In this document: positions 7,211 through 16,219 of the stretch, piece by piece
How the letters are laid out: every line of letters begins with the position of its first letter
How positions within the stretch are numbered: the first letter of the stretch is position 1
IMG/VR virus record: IMGVR_UViG_3300038406_000110
Span: 1 to 48,979 of that record
Strand: one strand, 5' to 3'
Length of the DNA stretch: 48,979 nucleotides
Origin: a virus
Lineage: Duplodnaviria > Caudoviricetes
Program-made: the position numbers and the translations under genes
Notes under the pieces: model-generated
What the model was told of the DNA's origin: nothing
The model's input: only the letters and a program-made list of their open reading frames with translations
Database searches by the model: none

Positions 7211-9961
7211 ATGCGTAGACTGCTCATTGCGATAACCATTCTCCTCCTCTCCTCGCAGGCGTGGGCGGCGACGTATTGGGTACGAACGGATGGCGCTGAT
7301 GACAACTGTACTGGTCTTTCCGATGCCGCTTATCCCGGAACCGGCGTTGCACAAGCATGTGCGAAGAAAACCATTAAGGTCGGCATTGATCTATTTGCTT
7401 CGGCTGGCAACACCTTATATATTCGTTCCGGCACCTATGCTGAAACCGTTGCCTCTGCTGTGGATAGGGCGGGCAGCGACGGCAGTTACAACAAGGTAAT
7501 AGGAGGGATCGGAGGAGAAACAATATTAAACGGTACGGCCATTGCTGCTACTAACATGGCGATCACGGCAGACTACAACTGGATTGAGGGGATCACATTC
7601 ACAGGAACGGACGGCACATCCGCCAGAATAACCATAGATGTTTCTACTACTCCCGCCCATACCGTAATAACGGGGAACAAATTTAAAGATATATCGGTTG
7701 GAATACGATACAGGGCTGGCGGGGGAAGCATATATAACAACGTATTTGAAGGCACGAAGGAAACAACTGAAGCCGTAGATGCGATATGGTTGTACCCTAA
7801 TGCCGGGACTGCCGTAATATCCTACAATATCTTTCGTCCCTCTGAGAATTATTACATACGCCCGATCTATGCAGATTCAACACTTGGCGGAAGTATCCTG
7901 AATAATGTATTTACGGGGATGCAAAGATCCGGGGTAATACTTGGAGCCGCACAAGTATTAACTGTAAGCAACAATATATTTATGGCTTCGGGCCAAGTTG
8001 GTTCAGCGGATAGTTGGCCCATTGCGAATTATGGAACAGCCGGGAACGGGTCTACCCTCGTAGGCGGGAGCAATATGTACCTGCCGAATGGCCTTAATGG
8101 TCTGGTTATTGTTGAGTCATCCATCACAGACAATACAACGAGCAATCTGTATGATTCCCCAAGGTTTATCCATCCCCCAAGGGAATCATATACATTTATG
8201 ACGATTGATGATGCGGCGGCGCTTAATGATTCACTTTACCTAGCGCAGACGTACTACAACCCTAGCGGCCTACGGTTAATAAACGCCATCCAATATTGGG
8301 CTGTTGAGAATGGAGATGTATCCCACGATAACGCAGTTGCGTTAATAAACGCCGGGAACGATATAGCCAGTCACGGATATTCCCACACGCAGTTGAATAG
8401 TTTGGTTGCACTGACGATTGACGGCCCGACGGCAAACTCCAAGATCACGATAACCACCACGACAACCGACCCCGACAGCGACAACTGGACGGGGACCCTT
8501 GAGGTTCTAGAGGGAGCGACATCACAGGATAATGTAAATCTCGTTGGTACTTATGGAAACATCGCCGCACTAATCACCTACCTTAACGATAGAGACTACG
8601 GGGATGGGGCGTGGTCATGTACGGCTAAGACCGGGATCACTCAACCGAGAGACGATGCAAAAAGCGTTGGACTTGATCCACAGTCGGCGACGGACGTTTC
8701 CTCTGCCACAGACATCAGTTTCAATCAAACGAATTTCTATGCCATTGAGGTCACGGAAGCGGCAAGTAAACTCCAATCGTGGGTTCGCACAGGAGCCACC
8801 GGCAGAGCCGCAACATATACGGTCGAGTTTTTCATCGCAGGTGGGAACCTGCTAGACAACAATGTTAGGGATGTGGTTGCATCGGCTGGATTAAGGGGGG
8901 CCAGAAGCGATAGTTATGTATCTAACGCAGCCCCCAACTCAGCCAATCTATCGGTATTCTATCCATTCAGCGCGGAGTTTTGGGATGTTACAAATATCAG
9001 GCTTAACGGAGCGGGATATAAAGGATCTTCCAATGTATCCTTCTCGTCTGCCGCAAAGACGATCACAGTAGTAGGTGCAACATTAATCACAACCAACGGC
9101 CTTGCCGTTGGGGATGTCCTCACCGTAGTAAATACCACATCAAACGATAAGGAAGTAACGATAAGCGACATAGAGGAGGCGGCGGGAGACACCACAATAA
9201 CCGTAACAGAAGATCTCACCGATGAGAGCAATTCTTCCGCTGTTCTTACTTGCGAAGTAAAGTTCAAGCGTAATGTCAAGGCGTTCATGGCAGGGCAGGA
9301 AGCTGGCGGGAACTTCAGGGAGTTGATGAATCATTCACTATCATCCCTAATTGGGTTAGTGGAGATTGAGCACCAATGGTTCGCAGAGGCAGCAAGCACG
9401 GGAACCAACACCTTCCGGCATAGCATTAACGATGTACTGGACACTATATGGGATGGCACGGGCGAGGACGGAAACGCATGGACTGAGGGAGTAGGAAGCA
9501 AGGAAGAACCAGACCATACGTTGCGGTTGGATCATGTATATGTAGATATGTCCGACTACCGCCTCCGAATCTCCTCCCCCGCTATCAACGCAGGCGTTGA
9601 TGTATCGCTGACTACGGACTATGCGGGGAACACCGTTCCTACCGGCAGTGCGCCCGAGATCGGGTCGTATGAGTATGTCGTTACCTCGTCGAACTATGTA
9701 AACAGCGACATGGGTGTATTCTTTGAGAAGACGGCCACCGAATCACTATGGGATGCACAGAACCGATGGTTTAGTGCCAAGGGGTTCACAGAGGGCGGCA
9801 TAAACCAGCGATGGGCGGAATACCTGCTTAGTTTGGGGTACACACAGAACTTCCCTGAATCGCAACGGTTGTACTTCGAGGCATATACCGGAGTAAGCGG
9901 ATACGAGGCGGCGACAAAGGAGTTTTATAAGAAGGCAATCGAAGATGGATACCTGAATTAG
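7211..9961 (+). CDS. Right-handed beta-helix protein with an inserted NodB-type polysaccharide deacetylase domain and an N-terminal signal peptide
   Basis: MRRLLIAITILLLSSQAWA|ATYWV; xNNxF beta-helix repeats; TIDD and DIASHGYSH deacetylase motifs; 'DYRLRISSPAINAG...PEIGSYEY' terminal motif. Confidence 0.7.
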   Translation: MRRLLIAITILLLSSQAWAATYWVRTDGADDNCTGLSDAAYPGTGVAQACAKKTIKVGIDLFASAGNTLYIRSGTYAETVASAVDRAGSDGSYNKVIGGIGGETILNGTAIAATNMAITADYNWIEGITFTGTDGTSARITIDVSTTPAHTVITGNKFKDISVGIRYRAGGGSIYNNVFEGTKETTEAVDAIWLYPNAGTAVISYNIFRPSENYYIRPIYADSTLGGSILNNVFTGMQRSGVILGAAQVLTVSNNIFMASGQVGSADSWPIANYGTAGNGSTLVGGSNMYLPNGLNGLVIVESSITDNTTSNLYDSPRFIHPPRESYTFMTIDDAAALNDSLYLAQTYYNPSGLRLINAIQYWAVENGDVSHDNAVALINAGNDIASHGYSHTQLNSLVALTIDGPTANSKITITTTTTDPDSDNWTGTLEVLEGATSQDNVNLVGTYGNIAALITYLNDRDYGDGAWSCTAKTGITQPRDDAKSVGLDPQSATDVSSATDISFNQTNFYAIEVTEAASKLQSWVRTGATGRAATYTVEFFIAGGNLLDNNVRDVVASAGLRGARSDSYVSNAAPNSANLSVFYPFSAEFWDVTNIRLNGAGYKGSSNVSFSSAAKTITVVGATLITTNGLAVGDVLTVVNTTSNDKEVTISDIEEAAGDTTITVTEDLTDESNSSAVLTCEVKFKRNVKAFMAGQEAGGNFRELMNHSLSSLIGLVEIEHQWFAEAASTGTNTFRHSINDVLDTIWDGTGEDGNAWTEGVGSKEEPDHTLRLDHVYVDMSDYRLRISSPAINAGVDVSLTTDYAGNTVPTGSAPEIGSYEYVVTSSNYVNSDMGVFFEKTATESLWDAQNRWFSAKGFTEGGINQRWAEYLLSLGYTQNFPESQRLYFEAYTGVSGYEAATKEFYKKAIEDGYLN

Positions 9962-9969
9962 GAGGACCG

Positions 9970-10155
9970 ATGGACCCGATTACCTGTGGCGGCTGCATGT
10001 TCTGGGTGCAGCTGGAAAAATGCATGAGGGATGGAACGCAGTTAGGCGAGTGTCGCCGGTACCCGTCTCCGCAAGTGGCGGAGCGGCCTAAGACTCATTG
10101 GTGCGGCGAGGCCATCGGCAGGGGGATTTCGCCGCAAGGCGGCAGGAATAAGTAG
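9970..10155 (+). CDS. Small Cys-rich phage protein
   Basis: AGGAGG RBS; CGGCMFW...GECRRYP...WCGE. Confidence 0.7.
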   Translation: MDPITCGGCMFWVQLEKCMRDGTQLGECRRYPSPQVAERPKTHWCGEAIGRGISPQGGRNK

Positions 10156-10195
10156 CAGACGATCCCAAGTAACACCAATTAAGTTAAAAGGCGGG

Positions 10196-12160
10196 ATGTT
10201 AATGAAGGACAAGGATAAACTTGCGCGGACTCTAAGCGACGAGGAACTGGCCCGCCTGACGGAAGGGGATATATCGTCCGCACGTTCTCATTCGGATACG
10301 ATGAGCAACTGGCGTCAGGAGTTGCTAAACGAGTATCGCGGGATGCCCTACGGGAACGAGCAGAACGGTCGGTCCAAGGTAGTCGCTTCCGACATGGCGG
10401 ACGCCGTTGAATGGATCATGCCTAGCCTCATGCGGATCTTCGCCGGTACGCAGTCGGCGGTGACGATCACCGGCGTCGGGCCTGAAGACGAGCAGAAGGC
10501 GCGGGCGGTATCCGGGCTTATCTATTACCAGATGCAGAAGAAGAATGCGTACTTCGAGATGGTCTATACATGGTTCAAGAACGCCCTAAGGTTCAAAACA
10601 TCCGTTACAAAGGCTACGTGGAAGTACGACTACAATTTGCAGGATACGAGTTACGAGAACGTGACGCTTGAAGAGTTCCAGACCATACAGAACGACCCGT
10701 TTCTGGAGATCATCGAGGCCGTTCCGGTAACGGAAAACACCCCGGACGAGGGTTGGATCATCCCGCCGCTGTTTGAATCCATCAAACTGCGGTCGAAAGA
10801 CGTGCTGTTCGACGGCCCGCTGGTCGAAAACGTCAAGCCGGAGACGTTTTACATCGACCCGGAAGCCACCAGCGTGGACGATGCCCTGTATTGCGGCCAA
10901 ATCCTGTCGCTTACGGCGTCGGAACTGAGGCTTCGTGCCAAATCCAGCAGGTTCAAGTCCGCGAGAGTCGAAGAAGCCATCGAAAAGGGTCCGGGCGCGC
11001 ACGAACTGGATGTATCCCAGGAGGAAATGTACAGACTTAGCGTATCCGACCTGGAACAGAAGAAGAATAACTTCGATGGAGATGATCCCCGCCAGAAATT
11101 CGAGGTGTTCGAGCATTACTGCAAGCTGGACGTGAACGGAGATGACATCGCCGAGGATTGGATCGTCTACAAATGCAACGGGATCATCCTCGAAGACCAT
11201 GAAAACGAGTACGGACGGTTCCCGTTTTTCACGCTATCGCCCATCATCGAGCCGCATTCGTTCTACGGCGTGTCCATCGCCGAACTGATGAGCGATATAC
11301 AGCGGATCAAGAGTTCCCTGCTCCGCCTGATGCTCGACAACATGGCCTTCATGGTCAATGGCCGGTACGCCGTCCGCGAAGGCATGGTGAAAGTGCAGGA
11401 TTTGATCCACAACAACGTACCCGGCGGCGTTGTGCGGATGTCGGCGGAGAACGCCGTAACTCCCCTTGCCACTCCCCAGCTTCCCCAGTCGGTATTCAAC
11501 CTATTGGAGTTCATCGAGTCCGCGAAAGAGAACCGTACTGGCGTTACCAAGTACAACCAGGGGCTTGATTCCGATACGCTAAATAAGACCGCCACTGGCA
11601 TCAAGACCATCTACAATGCCTCCCTACAGCGCATCGAACTGATCGCCCGTATCTTCGCCGAGACGGGCTTTATGAAACTCGTCCGGGCGTTGATCGACTA
11701 CAACCGCCGGTTTATGACCCGCCCGCTGATGGTGAGGCTCGGGAACGAATCGTTCCCGGTGTATCCCGAGGACGTGAACGGCGAGTTCGATTTGGACGTG
11801 TCGGTTGGCGTTGGGAACATCGATCAGGCGCAGCGTGCGGCGTCCCTTGCGATGGGGTTGCAGATGACGATGCAACTGTTCGGCCCAGCGGCGGTGCCGC
11901 AGGCGTCCGCCATCATGCGCGAGTGGTGGGCGGCCAGCGGGTTCAAGAACAGCGAGGCGTTCGTTCCCAACCCACAACAGACGCAGCAATCACAGATGAT
12001 GCAAATGCAGCAATTACAGCAGGGGGGTGGGGATGGATCAGGAGCAGGAATGGCTGAAGGAAGTGCAATCGGGAATGGAAGCGAAGTCCCTTCTGGACAG
12101 CCCGCTGCTCCAGCGAGTTTTGAGGGATTTGCGGGAGCAAACAATTTCAACGTGGCGTAG
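10196..12160 (+). CDS. Portal protein (P22/SU10-like podoviral type)
   Basis: 'SKVVASDMADAVEWIMPSLMRIF', 'FYIDP', 'HSFYGVS', 'TATG...ELIARIFAETG'; Q-rich C-terminus; gene position. Confidence 0.9.
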   Translation: MLMKDKDKLARTLSDEELARLTEGDISSARSHSDTMSNWRQELLNEYRGMPYGNEQNGRSKVVASDMADAVEWIMPSLMRIFAGTQSAVTITGVGPEDEQKARAVSGLIYYQMQKKNAYFEMVYTWFKNALRFKTSVTKATWKYDYNLQDTSYENVTLEEFQTIQNDPFLEIIEAVPVTENTPDEGWIIPPLFESIKLRSKDVLFDGPLVENVKPETFYIDPEATSVDDALYCGQILSLTASELRLRAKSSRFKSARVEEAIEKGPGAHELDVSQEEMYRLSVSDLEQKKNNFDGDDPRQKFEVFEHYCKLDVNGDDIAEDWIVYKCNGIILEDHENEYGRFPFFTLSPIIEPHSFYGVSIAELMSDIQRIKSSLLRLMLDNMAFMVNGRYAVREGMVKVQDLIHNNVPGGVVRMSAENAVTPLATPQLPQSVFNLLEFIESAKENRTGVTKYNQGLDSDTLNKTATGIKTIYNASLQRIELIARIFAETGFMKLVRALIDYNRRFMTRPLMVRLGNESFPVYPEDVNGEFDLDVSVGVGNIDQAQRAASLAMGLQMTMQLFGPAAVPQASAIMREWWAASGFKNSEAFVPNPQQTQQSQMMQMQQLQQGGGDGSGAGMAEGSAIGNGSEVPSGQPAAPASFEGFAGANNFNVA

Positions 12161-12332
12161 CACGAAGATGAGTCAGACGGCGGAGCGTGAGAACGCCTAT
12201 CACCTGATGCTGGCGACGGATTGCGTAGAGAACGCGCTTAACGCGGCAACTGATAGCGGCGAAGTTGCGAAAATCAGTTTGGCAACACTAAAAGAGAAGA
12301 GGCAATACAGACGCAAAACGAGGGAGGGGTAA
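12033..12332 (+). CDS. Portal-adjacent small helical protein
   Basis: 'AKSLLDSPLL...W...ERENAY' pattern typical of the gene following podoviral portals. Confidence 0.7.
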   Translation: MDQEQEWLKEVQSGMEAKSLLDSPLLQRVLRDLREQTISTWRSTKMSQTAERENAYHLMLATDCVENALNAATDSGEVAKISLATLKEKRQYRRKTREG

Positions 12333-12341
12333 AGAAATAAT

Positions 12342-12371
12342 TTGACACGAACCCGTCGGCGGGTGTATGCT
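12342..12371 (+). promoter_or_regulatory. Sigma70-type promoter for the RAMP gene/array cassette
   Basis: TTGACA (12342-47), 18-nt spacer, TATGCT (12366-71); A/T-rich upstream. Confidence 0.7.
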
Positions 12372-12517
12372 ATGTTCATTCTTGGTCGGGAAGGGGCCAA
12401 TGGATCTTCCGAACATAGACGGAACCGCCGGTGGGAAACGGAACGCAAGTTCCGGGTGTCCCTTTGTCTGCGTTGCCTTCCCCAGCGCAGGACGGCGGTA
12501 GCCATCGGGGGCACGAA

Positions 12518-13186
12518 ATGGCAAGACAGGTAGCAGAAAGTGTTGGGGAACAAGTAGAAACCGGCAAGGTTTTTAGCATCAAGTATCACGAAATTGATGT
12601 GGTGATTGAAACAACGACTCGGATGTATGGGGGAATCCCGCAATCAGAAGATCTTCTCCGGGCATGGATAGAGGCGAAGGGTCCAATGCCCGAGGAATCA
12701 TTGGATGAGAAGATCGAGGCGATGACTCCGGGGGAAATCGACGAGAAGGTTGAGTTGTCCTCAACTGGATTCCGTGCTGATGCAGACGGGATCTACATGC
12801 GGGATTTTATGGTCAAACAGATGATGAAGGAGTCAGCGACCGCGGTTGGGATGCTGGCGAAGAAGATCGGCACGAAAACGAACCTCACCATCGGGCTTGT
12901 CGTGAAGCCGGAGCGGATTCACGTAGGCAAGGAGGGTCCGGACGGGTATGAGGAGTTCCAAGGCCGGGTGAAGACGATGCAGGGACCGCGCTCCATCATG
13001 TCGCGCAAGGCGTACTTCGAGCCTGGATTGCAGATCACGTTCGGTATCAAGATGTTGGCCGGTGGGAAATTGACGCCAAATGATGTCCGCGCATTGTTGG
13101 ATCATGCGGGAGAGTTCGTCGGTTTCGGGTCTGCCCGATCAAGGGAGGCGGGCAAATTCAAGGTGGTGAAGTACGAGGCGAGATAG
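12518..13186 (+). CDS. Stand-alone RAMP-superfamily (Cas7/Csm3-like) RNA-binding protein
   Basis: N-terminal strand 'EIDVVIETTTRMYGG', helix 'DFMVKQMMKES', 'YFEPGLQITFGI', C-terminal G-rich loop 'AGEFVGFGSARSREAGKFKV'; no other cas genes nearby. Confidence 0.75.
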   Translation: MARQVAESVGEQVETGKVFSIKYHEIDVVIETTTRMYGGIPQSEDLLRAWIEAKGPMPEESLDEKIEAMTPGEIDEKVELSSTGFRADADGIYMRDFMVKQMMKESATAVGMLAKKIGTKTNLTIGLVVKPERIHVGKEGPDGYEEFQGRVKTMQGPRSIMSRKAYFEPGLQITFGIKMLAGGKLTPNDVRALLDHAGEFVGFGSARSREAGKFKVVKYEAR

Positions 13187-13187
13187 G

Positions 13188-13920
13188 GCGGCACGATGAG
13201 ACGACACATTGCTACCCGAGGCGCGACGCAGTGGCTACACGACACGTGACCCGGCCTGACATTGACGTGACGCGACAAGGCGGCTACACAGTACGGGACA
13301 CGATGATATGTTGCAATGCGGCAAAACCTGACAACGCGTCACTATGCGGCGTAACAGCACGAGATAGGACGTGATCTTGCGGCAAGACTTTATGAGACAA
13401 GATGATACTTTGCGGCTGGACGAGACGCGGCGTGGCTACACCTTATGACGCAACGCGGCTTTACTTTGTTTGACGGGGCGTGGCCGGACATGACCATGCG
13501 GCATAATGGGACACGGCAAGACAATGCTTTGCTTTTCTTTGCGGGACTTTGCGGGGCATGACCGTGCGGCCATACTTGACTGCTTGAAACGGGACCGGAT
13601 GACGCGGCAGGACCTTACTAGGCACGACTAGACGAGATGACGCGGCTACACGTCACAAGGCTCGACGAGGCATTGAGGCTATATTGCACATCGTAGTACA
13701 AGACGGGGCGGCTACACGCGACGTGACGGCGACAAGACACAGCCTTACCCGGCGGCATCATTATACAGAACTCTATTATATCCAGCGGCATTATTGGACG
13801 GAACCCGACTGGACGCGACTATGCGGCAGAACCTTACGAGGCACTACTGAATGACGCGGCATGACACTACGGAACTGGACAGATAACGACGCGGCATAAT
13901 TAAACAGGCTGGTATTCGGT
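13188..13920 (+). ncRNA. Non-coding pentamer-periodic array of 18 units, GGC-(NN-NRY)5-13; putative guide-RNA array
   Basis: Manual parse gives about 129 pentamers, nearly all ending in RY, with units delimited by NGC|GGC; no ORF of 60 aa or more in any frame; starts right after the RAMP stop. Confidence 0.8.
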
Positions 13921-13923
13921 AGC

Positions 13924-13954
13924 AAAAGGGCTGTCCTTCGGGACGGCCCTTTTT
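13924..13954 (+). terminator. Intrinsic terminator closing the RAMP/array cassette
   Basis: AAAAGGGCTGTCC-TTCG-GGACGGCCCTTTTT. Confidence 0.9.
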
Positions 13955-13982
13955 ATTTCAACCAAAAAAAGGAGAGCAACAA

Positions 13983-15149
13983 ATGGGTGACGACAGACAG
14001 GGAGCGGGCACGCCTCAAGCCCCCGCCAACCCGGACGAGACTTTCGGAATGAACGACGAGGATTTCTACGTGGACGAAGAAACCGGCGCGGTGTTCATCG
14101 GAGACACAAACGTAGAAGGGCGCGGAAGGCGACCGCAGGCGGAACCTTCCCTGCTGAAACAGCAACCTCCACCGCCGGACGAGGGTATTGGGTATGACGA
14201 TGATATCAACATGGATGAAGAAGGCAACGTAGACATCGGGGGCATCCGAGTACAGGAAAACAGGATCGACAACACCGATCCCGTGGAAACGGAGTTCCAG
14301 CGAGGAAAGTTGACCGCCGACGAGAAAGACGAGCAATTAGCGGAGAAGGAAGAGAAATACAGGGCGCAGGAGGCTGCAAAGACCCCGCCGCCCCCGCCTC
14401 CGCAGGAAGAATACAGGCTGAAGATCCTCGACGAAGAGCACGTAATCAAGGACAAAAACGAACTGCTTAACCTCGCACAGAAGGGATTGCGGGCCGACCA
14501 GAAGTTTCAGGAACTGGCCGAGATGAGGAAGGAGATCGAACCCTTCTATCAGGTATCCCTCCGCATGAAGGACGATCCGGCGTTTCTGGAGCATGTGAAA
14601 CAGTTCGGGCAGCCTAGTTATCAGGTGGATGGCCCGGAACCCATGACGGTTGCGCCCGATCAATTCCAGAAACTCGTCGATGAACGTGTCACCAATCAGA
14701 TGATGGCGCAGAAAATCTATTGGTCGCATGACCAGAAATTCAAGGAGTTCAACGGATATCCGAAATCGGATGAAGTACGGCAGAAGCTTCTAAGCGACTC
14801 TCTGCATTGGGACAAGTTCACAAGGGACTGGGTAGACAAGAACCCAGTAGCCTACGCGGACAAGTTCCATCAGACAGCGCAGAAGATCATCCGCGAGAGG
14901 ATGCTTGACCCGGAACCCGCGCGACCGATCCCGCCAAGAGTGATCGAGAAGCAGAAAGTAATTCTCGAACAACTGCGGGCAAAAGAAGTCGCCAAGGAGA
15001 GGGCCAAGGTGGAATCCGCCAGATCGAACGCCGATGTACAGGCTCAGGATGGCCGACTGGCATTGAACCGGGCCAGAAAACGTGCCACTGAAACCGGATC
15101 GGTAGCGGATTGGGCGGATGTAATCGAGAAGATGGGGTTCGCCGACTAA
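13983..15149 (+). CDS. Capsid scaffolding protein
   Basis: Acidic, Pro-rich N-terminus and coiled-coil 'ELLNLAQKG..ADQKFQELAE'; C-terminus 'ATETGSVADWA'; directly before the MCP. Confidence 0.8.
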   Translation: MGDDRQGAGTPQAPANPDETFGMNDEDFYVDEETGAVFIGDTNVEGRGRRPQAEPSLLKQQPPPPDEGIGYDDDINMDEEGNVDIGGIRVQENRIDNTDPVETEFQRGKLTADEKDEQLAEKEEKYRAQEAAKTPPPPPPQEEYRLKILDEEHVIKDKNELLNLAQKGLRADQKFQELAEMRKEIEPFYQVSLRMKDDPAFLEHVKQFGQPSYQVDGPEPMTVAPDQFQKLVDERVTNQMMAQKIYWSHDQKFKEFNGYPKSDEVRQKLLSDSLHWDKFTRDWVDKNPVAYADKFHQTAQKIIRERMLDPEPARPIPPRVIEKQKVILEQLRAKEVAKERAKVESARSNADVQAQDGRLALNRARKRATETGSVADWADVIEKMGFAD

Positions 15150-15180
15150 CCACTAAAATCAACCAAAAGAGGACAAAGAA

Positions 15181-16140
15181 ATGACAGTATTAACGAACGT
15201 CTATGCGACCTACGGCCAGGGTGCTTCCGGCGTCGTAGGCGGCGGGAAACTTAAGGAATCCCTCGACAATGTGATCGCCAATATATCACCAAGCGAGACG
15301 ATTTTCCTTAATCGTTTCAAGAAGGGCAAGGCACATGCCCGGTACGAAGAGTGGATGTTGGACACTCTCGCTCAGTATTCCGACAACGCACAGCTTGAAG
15401 GCGATGCGGTTACGGGAGATGCGGTAACTGCTGCTGACCGCACGGGGAACTACACGCAGATTGTCAGGAAAGCCTTCACCATCTCTGACACAAACGAAGC
15501 TGTCGATAAGGCAGGAAAAAAATCAGAGGTGGCATATCAGACCGCCAAGCAGCTGAAAGAATTGGCGAAAGACATAGAATTTGCGTTGTCCTATGGTACG
15601 GGTGGTTCCGGCAACATCGGAGCCAAAAGGCGCATGAAGGGCCTCCTCGGCACCAGCGGCGGGTCTGCTCAGCAGGGATGGATCACCACCAACCAGCTGT
15701 GCGCTTCTGGGTCGGCGGTTTCTGAAGGGGATTTCAACACGCTTCTTCAGACGATCTGGGCTGCTGGTGGGAAACCTCAGTCGGCGTTCGTTTCCGGGGC
15801 GAACAAGCGGGTTATCTCCGCTTATAGCGGCAACGCTACCCGGTACATTGATACAGTTTCCAAGGAAGCGGTCAACGTGGTTGACATATACCGCTCCGAC
15901 TTCGGCCCGATCCGCATCTTCCTTCAGAGGTTGTATGAAACCTCCGTTACTGCGGCGACGGCGGCGGTCAGCGCGTTCCCGATCATACAGGAAGACCTGT
16001 GGGAGATCAGGACGCTTCGCCCGACCAAGATCGTGCCTCTCGCCAAGACGGGTGACGGTGAAACCCGGATGATCGTATGGGAGGGGACATTGGTCAGCCG
16101 TGCGGAGACTGGCAACGGTGTGGTGACGGGGACCACGTAA
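15181..16140 (+). CDS. Major capsid protein (SU10/DUF5309-like, HK97 fold)
   Basis: 'ESLDNVIANISPSET', 'NYTQIVRK', 'KELAKDIEFAL', 'YRSDFG', 'LAKTGD'. Confidence 0.9.
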   Translation: MTVLTNVYATYGQGASGVVGGGKLKESLDNVIANISPSETIFLNRFKKGKAHARYEEWMLDTLAQYSDNAQLEGDAVTGDAVTAADRTGNYTQIVRKAFTISDTNEAVDKAGKKSEVAYQTAKQLKELAKDIEFALSYGTGGSGNIGAKRRMKGLLGTSGGSAQQGWITTNQLCASGSAVSEGDFNTLLQTIWAAGGKPQSAFVSGANKRVISAYSGNATRYIDTVSKEAVNVVDIYRSDFGPIRIFLQRLYETSVTAATAAVSAFPIIQEDLWEIRTLRPTKIVPLAKTGDGETRMIVWEGTLVSRAETGNGVVTGTT

Positions 16141-16164
16141 TCGTCAACTAAACTAACCGGGCCT

Positions 16165-16205
16165 TGCGGCGGGTGGATTCCGGGTCCATCCGCCGCATTG
16201 TATTT
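16165..16205 (+). terminator. Hairpin after the MCP gene (terminator or stabiliser)
   Basis: TGCGGCGGGTGGAT-tccgg-GTCCATCCGCCGCA followed by TTGTATTT. Confidence 0.55.
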
Positions 16206-16219
16206 GGGGGATATCGTTT

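Noticed and set aside
13188-13920. Canonical CRISPR array next to the Cas7-like gene
   Set aside because: There are no identical 23-47-nt direct repeats separated by spacers. The only invariant is a 5-nt junction plus 5-nt periodicity.
13188-13920. Low-complexity protein-coding gene or simple microsatellite
   Set aside because: No ORF of 60 aa or more exists in any frame, a period of 5 is incompatible with codon structure, and the units are all different rather than slippage copies.
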